Origin: Lytechinus pictus
Lineage: Eukaryota
Direction of reading: 5' to 3'
Assembly (NCBI RefSeq): GCF_037042905.1
Contig: NC_087245.1
Location: forward strand, 17,238,001 to 17,302,000
DNA: 64,000 nt
Shown: positions 45,469-56,139 of the stretch, one piece after another
How positions within the stretch are numbered: the stretch's first letter is position 1
How the letters are laid out: every line of letters begins with the position of its first letter
The notes under the pieces: model-generated
What the model was told of the DNA's origin: nothing
What the model saw: the letters and a program-made list of their open reading frames with translations, nothing else
Database searches by the model: none
Made by a program: the position numbers and the translations under genes

Positions 45469-46486
45469 ACATCCAAGGGCGGCTGGAGAAAGATAGAGAA
45501 AGATGTGAATAGATAAAAAAGTAGGAAGTTTCCGAACTGAGACGCAGAACGCTTTCAAGTTCAATGGAAATGTATTGTCAAATGGATTTAATGACAAAAA
45601 AACAACTAAAAACTCTTTGTCGAAGATTAATAATCAAATCAGCAGATCGCCCTACACTTTGCACAAACGACATTTTGCAATTGTTCGTCCACTCTGAAAA
45701 TGAGGGCTAAACTGCTGTTCCTGTTCACCAATTTTCGACAAAGCCCTCCCAGGTGTTTTATTTGGCGGGCATTTTCAATACATTTACTTTTTTTTTATTT
45801 GATCTGCGTCGCGGTTTTTTTTATTAATTATTAAAGTAACACAATCACTGAAAATAAAAATGGGGAAGTGGACTTTCGTGATTCGAAAGTCCGCTCCCCC
45901 ATCGTCCCGCTTTCAGTGGCATCATTTTCATCTTAGACATCTCTTATTTATCCAAATATTAGACTTTATACATTGTCACTTACCTGTAAATGATAGGTAC
46001 TGACATTTATATTCATTACGCGACCGGTTCATCCTAACTACAAATAAAACAGTGAGAATAATATATACATTTTTCGAAAACCTAAAAAGACATCTGAAAT
46101 TTTCTGATGAGTGACTATGTAATGGTGCTCTTTCTTTGATGAAACAAAAGAATAAAATATTTTGCACACCCTAATACAGAACAATTTCAAACACAAAAAA
46201 ATATGAAATTTATTTAGAAATGCTAACATTTACTTGATCTCAATGAATATTAAATATTATTTAAATAAGGCGTTAATTAAAAAATATAAGTACACTGATC
46301 ATGATTTTAGAAGAAATAATCACCTTTTCCTAATTGGAGTTAGATTTACTTAATCGAAGCAAGGATACATGAAATTTGATAAATGTATATGAACCCAAAT
46401 AAATCAAGTAATTCAATTGAATTAAAATTCAAGTTAAAGCTACCTAAAAATCGAGAAATAATTTCAAATAATAAATTCTACTTATA

Positions 46487-47460
46487 CAGTGCGTATCAAA
46501 AAAAGTTTACACTGAGACAAAATCCTGTAAAATTATACATTTGTAATATCCTGAAGATTTTTCCACATGTTAACATGGGTACAGATCCATTTAAGCAAAT
46601 GACGATATAACTGTCGAAAAATATTTCCGCTTGGGTGAGCACCACTTACTTTTGAAAAGTTAGTGAAAAATGATTTGCGCAGAACTTTGAAATAGTTATG
46701 CGAATAACAGTAGACCTTAATAATGAAGAACACATGACATTTAGCTAGTAACATTGATTTGAAGATATCTTTTTACCTTTTTAAACTTGTTTTCTTACCC
46801 AAAACACTTCGAAGAGTGCCATTGCGCCCCCCCCCACTCCCCCACACACCGAGGCCATCGTGACGATATTTACACTGAGCTGTGATTTACATGAAATGGC
46901 TTAGGCTTGATTTTCATTTTGTTAATCATTGTCAAGCTTGGGAAAAGTGTGAAGAAACAAGAATTAAATGAAAAATGAAATGTAAACCCACTTTAAATAA
47001 TAAAAACTTGAAAAACGTGAAAAAATGCTGGAGATGTCTGATATAAACATTTGTTTAGATTCAATTATGTCCTCAGATCCAGCTGGCACAAAAAGGGTAA
47101 AGGTTGTGCTTATTAATTTGTTAAAATTTTAAATTGAGTGGCAAAATTGTTACAAAATGCTTGAATGTATCCGTTTTATTTCAATTGACTAAAAGTGCAA
47201 GGGAAATGTATGAAAAATGTTTCACAGGGTAAGTTTGATTTCGCCTTTTCCCCTCGACACAGTGTGAAAACGAGCTTTTCTGCGCAAACAGATTTACAAA
47301 AATGGACAGTACTCACTCAAGTGTAATATTCTGTCAAATCTTTTACTTTCATTGGATAGATGAGACCCAAACCCAAGAATATATGTGAAAAAATTACCCA
47401 CATGTATTTTTTAATTCCCAGGGCTTTTTCAAAGTGAAATTTTTTTTTTGATACGCACTG
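46487..47460. mobile_element. Tc1/mariner-like non-autonomous element
   Basis: taCAGTGCGTATCAAAAAAA ... TTTTTTTGATACGCACTGta. Confidence 0.85.
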
Positions 47461-47815
47461 TATACATTAAGTGTTAAATACTTATTAAGATAATTTTTTA
47501 CCGAGTATTAAAACAACGTTCTATAGTGTGTAGATACCTCATTATTTTGCATTAAGTCTTATTTTACACTCATTCTACAATATCAAGTTTGTTTTTACAT
47601 TTATATATGATGAGCTACACAAACTTGAAGATTGAAAACACCCTAAAAATGTATCACACGAGTCACAAAATAGGTCCATATTTTACATTGCTTGAAAAGT
47701 ATAGCAGATTGTATGAATTGTAGTTGATTACTTCTGAGGATCTTAGGACCTCAATAATTCCAGCAAAAAAAATTTCAATGTGTAAGCCCCTTCATTATGA
47801 AAAAAAAAACACCAG

Positions 47816-47998
47816 GGGGCCGTTTCATAAAGCTGTTCGTAAGTTAAGAGCGACTTTAAGAACGACTGGTGAACCTTTCTTACAAGTTGAACCATCGCCA
47901 ATTAACATTTTGGTGTATATACCATTCACCACAAGAAAGGATCACCAGTCGTTCTTAAAGTCGCTCTTAACTTACGAACAGCTTTATGAAACACCCAC
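47816..47998. mobile_element. MITE with CWG flanks and ~55-bp TIR
   Basis: GTTTCATAAAGCTGTTCGTAAGTTAAGAGCGACTTTAAGAACGACTGGTGA is perfectly inverted at the other end. Confidence 0.85.
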
Positions 47999-48769
47999 CT
48001 GAACAGAAATGTCACGCGAGTCACATTAAGATTTCTTAGGGTTCTCATGCGAGTCACGTTTTTAGAAATCTTTGAAAATAAAGAGAATTATTGATTTTTT
48101 TAAAGATTAACTTTGCCTTTAAAAATTATTTCATGTAGAAGGCTTTAAGATTACATTAATGGTAATAATGCTTTATATTGATTAATCAAGATAGATAATA
48201 ACAAAACACATTCTAAGAAGAATGTCATTTTCTGATCAGCCATTCCTTAGAATTAGATACCCAAGGCTTCAAAATTTAAGCTTTACCATTTAACAAATAA
48301 TAGTTGTTTTTTGCTAAGTGCATGTCTAAAAGGTGTAAATTTGATTTTCACTGCCTTTCACCTTCAAATGACCAGTGACACCATCAGAGTAGTAAAATTT
48401 ACATACCTTTTTGGTACTTTTTTAAATAACACTCATTCATAATAGAAAAAATGGTTCTGTTGTCTGTAAATACATCATTTTTGTATTCTGTCTAATTTTG
48501 TAATCCATTATCAATTTGTTTTTGCGTAAATCTAGTAGAACAAATCTTTAAAAATATTCAATATTGAAAACACCCTTGAAATGTATCATGGGAGACACAA
48601 TAATACTGCAATGTTTTACTTAACTTAAAACGTAGTAGGTAGTTGATAAAAGCATGATGCGAGTAAGGAGCATAAAGTACCAATTATACCGGCAAAGAAT
48701 ATTGCCAAGTGTAAAACCCTTCATAAAAACAACCCCAAAGTATACACATACTTTAATGGTACTCCATAG

Positions 48770-50947
48770 CATAGGTGGATCCTGGGGGGTGGGGGCCGAG
48801 GGGCCCGCCCCCCCCCCTTATGAAGGAGCAAAAAAAGAAAGAAAAGGAAAGAAAAATAAGGGGGGAGGAAGGGAAAAGAGAGGAGAAAAAAGAAGAGGAG
48901 GAAGACGAGTGAATAAAATAAGATGAGGGGAAGACTTGGAAAAAAAAAGAATCTTTCATGTCACTTTACAAAATTTTCGCTCGCGCTTCGCGCTCGCATT
49001 GCCTGTAAGGTGATTTCCATATCTTGTTCAATATGGAGTTTAAATATCAAGTTTGGAAGTCAATATACAGAACATATCTCACCTCGGAAATCGAACTTTC
49101 ATTATTTTGTGTGATCTACAAATTGATTTTTAAAAAGTGCTCTGTAAAAAAAAAAAAATCATTTTTATAGTATGAATATTAACATTATCTGCTCGCGCTG
49201 CGCGCTCGCAAATTTTGATTTATCAGGTATAACTTCTGAACGTTTCCATGGCGAAGAAAAATAGTGTAGTAGGTTTCACGGTACACCATGTATCTTTCTT
49301 GGGCAGATGTTGGTCCTGAAAAGGACCACCCAACCAAGAGATTGGGTGGTCCTTTTCAGGACCAACATCTGCCCAAGAAAGATACATAGTGTACCGTGAA
49401 ACCTACTACACTATTTATCATGTACCTATTATTTTCGTGTATTCCATAAAGTTTTCAAAATATCCCTTTTCAGGTCTGATTATCAGGTCTCAATATTGAT
49501 TATATAACAAACTACTTAAATCCCCTCACCTTTTCATGACAGTTTATCAAAAATTTTGGCTCGCGATTTGCGCTCGCATTGATAGTTAAAATATGTTAAC
49601 TGATGCATCTTATTTATAATTACAAAAGTGCTTGAAATGTCCAGTTTTCAGGCCATAATATCATCAGATTTTGCGCCCTTATTAGGCATTAATGAATAAG
49701 ATTTTAATTGTATAATTAAATTCTCCCATTTGTTTCATCTCGCGCTTAGCAAGAGGAATAGGAAGATAGTCATCATTTTCATATGCATGTCCTAAGGATG
49801 TCCCGGTCCTTTGTTAAAACTCAAAGTAATATATAATTATGAGAAATATCAGCTCTTTATTACGTGCTATCCATATCCACCTCACAATTTTCCTACAAAG
49901 TGCTTGAAGTATAGAGCTGAAATTGACTCTTTTTCAGATCGGAATATCAAATAGTTTAAGCTCGCGCTTCGCGCTCGCTTTGATTTTCATGATAGAAGAT
50001 GTGTTCTAGGTCTAAATATGAAACACGCATGTTTATTCAGATACTCGACTTGTTCTCTATTTAAATCATTATCCAGTTGCAGATCAAATATCAAAAAAAT
50101 TCTGCTCGCGCTTTGTGCTCACATTATTAATGTAGGAAGATTCCATATTACTCATTCTTTTCATGATTTACAAAACATGAATAGAGTGTCCCGTTCTTAG
50201 GTCTAAATCTCGATTTGTTTTCCGCTCGCATCAATTATTTAGTTACATACCTATCATGTCCACGATTGAAAATATTGATTACGATTTTGCATTCTTTATG
50301 TACAAATGTCAAAAATTTTCAGCTCACGCTCTGCGCTCGCATTATTAATGTAAGCACAATCCCCATTTACTTATCTTTTTCAGGATTTACAAAACTTGAA
50401 TAGAATGTCTCTTTCAGTAGGTCTAAATCTCGAAATTTTCCGCTCGCGCTTCGCGCACGCATCAATTTTTTAGTTTACCTATTCTGTTTAGGTTACATAA
50501 AGTGCTTAGAATTTCCATTCCTTAGGTAAAATTGTCAAAATAATTCGCGCTTTGCGTTTGCATTAATTGATTTCTAAAATATGTAACGTCTTCATGGCTA
50601 ACTGCAAGCAGTCTTTAACAGGTACCTTTTCCATCAGTTCATTTCTGCTCACGCTTCACGTCCGCAGTTATTATTCATTTGCATACACATCTTTTTCAGG
50701 ATGAAAAAAAAATACATAAAATTTCCCAAAAAATTTAGCTCGCGCTTCGCGCTCGCATTATATATATATATAAGGATAATAATATTATTAATTTATGTTT
50801 ATTCATAAGAATAAAGCTGAGAAGTGACTATTAGGACTACCCCTTAAAAGAAACCAAAAATTATCTTCGAGCGGCCGATCGGGGAAAATATGGCTGAAAA
50901 AAAATTCCGCCCCCCCCCCCTATTGGCAAAGGCTGGATCCGCCCCTG
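48770..50947 (+). mobile_element. Non-autonomous hAT-like element with an internal array of GCTCGCGCTTCGCGCTCGC motifs
   Basis: 8-bp TSD CTCCATAG (48762-48769, 50948-50955); TIR CATAGGTGGATCC / GGATCCGCCCCTG. Confidence 0.85.
49230..49412. mobile_element. Penelope-like fragment forming a near-perfect palindrome, nested in the hAT element
   Basis: Flanking ATTTATCA(G/T)GTA duplication; homologous to 38813-38999. Confidence 0.6.
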
Positions 50948-51034
50948 CTCCATAGTACTTTCATGGTTCTCTGTGTTTCATAGTACTCCATGGTTCTTGA
51001 ACACTTTCATTGCACTTCGTGGTACTTTCACAGT

Positions 51035-51966
51035 TGTTATATATAAGAAGAATTGTAAGAGCAAATACATTCATTTATTTAGTTATTTTCTCTCTAAGGA
51101 TATTCATAGCATAGAATGATTAAGAACATTCCAAAATGTTTCATTAAAGCTTTGATAGGCATGTCTATTCAATGAGATGGAGTAATCTTTGTTATTTCTG
51201 GAATTTACAAACAATACAGAATGTAGACAAAATGCTTCTAGTGGTAGTGGAAATGAACAATAGGATTAGCTATGTTGTTTTACAATTGTTAATTTCACTG
51301 AGGTCATTCAAGAGTCTTCTAGAATTTGATTGCTCCAGAAAGAAGGAGAATGTTCTTTTTGTAGACAATACTAGAAGCTTCCAGAATAGTGAATAATTTA
51401 TATATAAGCTGGCAGTTTCTTCAAGGAGATCATCACATCATATCAGATCAGAACTCAGAGTTTCACGCCAGACTTTATGTCAGAGCAGAGTTTATTTCCA
51501 CCAGGAATATTTATCTTCTGTGGAATTATTTGCACGCCATCAATGAACTGTTTGCAGTTACTTTGAGAGAGGAATTCTCAGTTCTCATCAAGATCATCAA
51601 GCTGTTTTAATGAACGTTTTTCAACCCATGGATTGCTGAAATTGACTATTAATCACCATCAACATCGTCTTCACGGACATTTCAACTCTTTACGGTGACT
51701 CTTGAAGTCTTGATATTCATCGTGCTTCAACATCAATTTCGTCATCGCCATCATTGTGAACTCTAATTTACGGAATCTTCGCCAACCAACTTGGATTTTA
51801 TTGGGATATAATATCATAAACTTGGATTGCACATCTAACTCTTCAAGACATGTAAGATGTTTTGTTTATATTTTTGTTGATTGATGTACATGTATTTCAT
51901 GTAATAAAAAAAGGAAATCAAATTTAAAACTAAATTTTCATTGTTATTTGTTGCAGTATCGTAACA
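51035..51966 (+). mobile_element. Solo LTR (Gypsy-like)
   Basis: TGTTA...TAACA termini; 4-bp TSD CAGT; internal TATATAA near 51400. Confidence 0.75.
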
Positions 51967-52447
51967 CAGTTCAGTATGGTACTTATGGTACTTGTTTGAC
52001 TGGCATATGATACTTCTACCGTAATACCATGCTACTTCCATATTCAACTTGCAAAGTACTTATAAAGGTTTTATGGAACGTGAAACAATGAATGAATAAT
52101 GACGCAGTTGTTTGCATACATGATCTGTTATCATATTGTCAGGATACATAATGTATAGATTGAAGATTATACTGGAGAAAAGTTTTATAGCACGGAATCA
52201 AAATTTGCTGAACGTTTTAAATATGACTGTATGATTCAACTTCAATTAAGGATTTTTCCAACAAAAAAAAATGTAGACATGTTTTATTTGTGTATTTGAT
52301 GGTACACTGCAGTGGAAAGTGGGATTTCACTATATTATACGTGTAGTTAATTGTCATAAATTTACTTATCAAAACATTCCAACAAACTCCCATCTCTTTC
52401 ACCTCACTTTTAACTCCATGTTCTTGGCCTTGTTTCATTGTACACAT

Positions 52448-54945
52448 CCCTTATAAAAAGTACCATGGTTTTACCATATTACTTTTACTATGGTAATACC
52501 ATAGTATTTCCAAAGTATGGTAAATTGACAGATGAAGGCAGTACATTTACCATGGATTTACCATAGTTGTTCCATAGTATTACTATGGTTGTGCCATAGT
52601 ATTGACATGGTTGTACCTGTCACTTGTTTGTTGCCTGTTTAAAATTTTAAATCGATTTACTTGTTAAATAACTTAAATAACATGGTTACCAATAACATAA
52701 GAAACAGTAAATACTTTTTGACGTTTATAATTCAACTGTTTAATTCAATATTCTGATATCCTAAATCAGCATACAATGGCCAGATGAATAATTACATCCA
52801 ATTTGGAAAAGGCATATGGAGTTTCTATTGCATAATTTAGGGCAGGAAAATAAATATCCTGAATTACAAGAAATGTAATATGAAAACCTGTAACTTTAGC
52901 ATATAATAATATTACTTTCAGCAACTTGATAATTTAAGTTCGGTTTCTTGTGAAAAGAAACTGAGTTCCGGTATAAACTTTATGATTTCAAATATTATGG
53001 TTCAGTCATACTTTCTTCGATGAAAGCGGGTGACAATACCACTGTCATATACTGGCGAACGAAAGTTCTCTTGAGTCGACAGTTGGGGTGTATATGAAGA
53101 CAATCACCAGGAACACAGCGTAGTTCCTCAATACCATTCACTCAGAAGTGTTGAATGTCGACGGCGAGTCCGTCGAAGACCCAATTACATTGGAATTATG
53201 TAGTGTCATCAGGCCCAGAGCCCCGTGTTGTATCTCTTGACAAGGATATTACTCTCTTAGCCCAGCTAAGCGGTAGACCAAAACTGCGAGGATATCTTGG
53301 TAATTCCGGTCCTTGTTGCTGATCATGGTGTGTGTGACAGTCATGAGGATTCTAGGAATAGCCAGCCTGAAAATGCCAGTGTTGAATCGTTCAACCCTCT
53401 TCACACCGGTCTCAACACTCGAGACACATCAGCAACATCTCTCACACAGGAAGAGGTGAAAACCTAACCTTCCCAAACCAAGGTTAAAATATGTTCTGCT
53501 CAGGGTACCTTGCTCAAAATGCTCACTCCAACACACACCTCAATTTTCAGCCAATAATCTCACTGCCTGTCCCTATCACCAAGCAACAGAAAACAATTTA
53601 ATTGCATTCCTTTTGGGGGGGGGTGAAAACAAAATTACCGTGAACTATTACCTAAAAATGCAGCGACCTCATTTTGTGTCAACTCTGTGCAGTGTAGCAG
53701 AAAGGAAAAAGAATTAAGCAAAAAAAAAAAAGAATAGTGTGCAAGCTCCTAACAATGCAGCAGCCTTTTTTGTGTGCAAGCTCCCTACCCTACAGCACCT
53801 GAGGAATGTAAGCAGCTGGTTAAGCATTATATGCAACAAAGAAGTAAGATTAGGACAAAATAAAAACAAAAATAAGTCATGTCCAAGGTGACAGTACCAT
53901 AGTATTACTATGGTTGTACCATAGTATTACCATGGTTGTACTTTAGTATTACCATGGTTCTACCAGTCATTACCAAGGTACTTCTATGTCATGAGTGGGC
54001 CCCATGTAGGTTCATTAAAGAAATAATGATCAGTGTCAAGTATCATTAAGGACCATGGTATTACCATAGTAACCATGGTATTACTATGGTATCTCTTGAT
54101 CTGGACTTCACTCATGAATATTCATTACAACAATAAATGACCAAAATTTTAGCAAATATATCTATAACAATTAATGTGTTTATGCAGTGATTCCACCACG
54201 AAAAGTTTTAGAAAAATGTGTGGTTTATATATCATATTAATCATAATCATGACATTTAATTTTGAACGAATGGCATAGGATTGAATATGGAAAACTGTTA
54301 ACTATAATTTTTAAAGTTTTGTGAACTCGCCCAATATATAAAAGTCAATGACATGTCTCTGTGGTGGCGTGCGCCTGTAATCCAAGCTTTGGGGAAGTTA
54401 CAAATTGATGCAGAGGTTCGAGCCCTGGTCACGTCTTTCGGATGGTGACGTTAAAGGTCGGTCCCAGACGTAAATAATCATATCTGATTGATACACGTCT
54501 GACAAAACTCAAATACACACATCTGTGGATAGGTGTAGGATAGGATTAGGATTATGTAGGATTTTAGGATAGGATAAGATGATATGGCTTAGAGTATAGA
54601 GTTGTAAAATGTGATTCAATGACCTTGACACTAATTATTATTTTTTTTTAGTGAACTCTCATCGGGCCCATATGGGACCCACATGGAATCCAGATGGCCA
54701 ACCCACGCGCATCATGAAAGATTATGGTACAACCATAGTAATACTATGTTACAACTATGGTAATACTTTGGTACAACCATACATAATAATATTATGGTAC
54801 AACCATAATAATATTATTGTACAACTATGGCAAATCCGTGGTAAATGTACTGCCTTCATTCGTCAATTTACCATACTATGGCAATACTATGGTATTACCA
54901 TTGTAAAAGTACTATGGTAAAACCACGGTACTTTTTTTATAAGGG
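52448..54945. mobile_element. Non-autonomous DNA element with CCC...GGG termini, long TIR and ACCATAGTA-type subrepeats
   Basis: CCCTTATAAAAAGTACC... is inverted at ...GGTACTTTTTTTATAAGGG; arms pair for >120 bp. Confidence 0.75.
54358..54528 (+). mobile_element. SINE-like insertion with a 7SL/Alu-domain-like head
   Basis: GTGGTGGCGTGCGCCTGTAATCCAAGCT head; B-box GGTTCGAGCCC at 54415-54425; 3' stem-loop; (CA)n tail; TCTGTGG direct repeat at both ends. Confidence 0.6.
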
Positions 54946-54946
54946 C

Positions 54947-55141
54947 CTGCGCAAATCACTTTCACGAACTTTTCAAATGTAAGTGGTGCTCACTCATGCG
55001 GAAAGTTTTTTTGACAGTTATATCGTCATTTGCTTCAAGAGACCTGTACCAATGTTTAAATGTTGGAGAAGCTTCAGGATATTACAATGTATAATTTTAC
55101 ATGATTTTTTTCTAAGTGTAAACTTTTTTTGATACGCACTG
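54947..55141 (-). mobile_element. Truncated inverted copy of the Tc1-like element at 46487
   Basis: Reverse complement of ~46487-46682, ending GATACGCACTGta. Confidence 0.8.
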
Positions 55142-55640
55142 TATAGTACAATTAGTAGGTGTATATCATTTTACAATTAGTAGGTGTATATCATTTTAAT
55201 CCATATATATTTTTTAACAATAGCCATGGTATGGGCAATGATTTCTGAGATACGCCACTGTGTTGCTGAAAGGTTAGTCAGTATCTAGGACTTGCGGATG
55301 ACAAATTCAAGGAAATTTTTGCAATTTGAAATTCCCTCCCGAATATCGGCGGATTTTCTTTTTATTCATTCCGGCAACATCTCCTTGATTCTTGGTGACT
55401 CCGAATGGTGTAATAATGGCATACTTCCATTTTGATCTACATGAATGTATCAATGTCTTTCACAAGCAGAAGTCTTAGGCGACACTTTGCGGTGCCATCA
55501 GATATGTCATGTATGTTCCTTGGTTTCTCTGGGTCCATACAGCTTTCTTCCAAAGTTCAATTCATCGATCAAGATATTTTCTCAAACGAGGTTACTTGCA
55601 TTCATAAACATAAAATTAAAGTCTCAGGATTCTTTAGTTA

Positions 55641-55894
55641 CACTGTAAAAATATTTGGTAAAATTTTAACCAGCCCGAGGGTAATTATGTGTCCAACCAA
55701 TTTGGGACAGTTTTTACCCAATGCGGGAAGCGTAATGTCCAGTAAGGTTGAAAAAAATAAGCAGCAATTACTATAGAATTTGCAAAACTTTCATCACACT
55801 GGATAAATAAAAATGCCAAAAAAGAAATGCCCAATGTTGGTTGGACACATAATTGTCCTCATGGAACATTTTTTTCCCAATATTTTTTAGAGTG
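55641..55894. mobile_element. CACTG-type MITE, TA flanks; relatives at ~43610-43831 and ~44410-44612
   Basis: taCACTGTAAAAATATT ... AATATTTTTTAGAGTGta. Confidence 0.75.
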
Positions 55895-56139
55895 TAGGAC
55901 CTAGATATTGTGAATTAATATATACTATCCCTTCAAATATATAGGAATCCACTAAGATGTGACCTTCGTCGTATGTGCCTGCAATCTACAGAAGGGCTGA
56001 CTAGTGACTTGTTCTCCCGGAGACTAATTGGAAGGGATTCATTCTCGTGTGTATACGAGGTGTATACATCGTGATTTATCAATTATTTTCATGTGTATCG
56101 GCGCTGTACATGCAGGGATGATGACTTATTAGATGTGTA

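Noticed and set aside
46104..46146. CTGATGA...GAAAC hammerhead-like core
   Set aside because: No convincing stem II or flanking helices.
48960..50760. CRISPR-like repeat-spacer array
   Set aside because: Repeats are degenerate, spacers are ~100 bp or more and similar to each other, the array lies inside a TSD-flanked transposon in eukaryotic DNA, and there are no cas genes.
54361..54390. Human Alu contamination
   Set aside because: The Alu-like similarity stops after ~35 nt and continues into non-Alu sequence embedded in local repeats; there is no poly(A) linker or tail.
55250..55620. Coding-looking block downstream of TRIM
   Set aside because: The minus frames I translated contain stops, and the plus ORF runs into a MITE with no recognisable domain; probably 3' UTR or intergenic.
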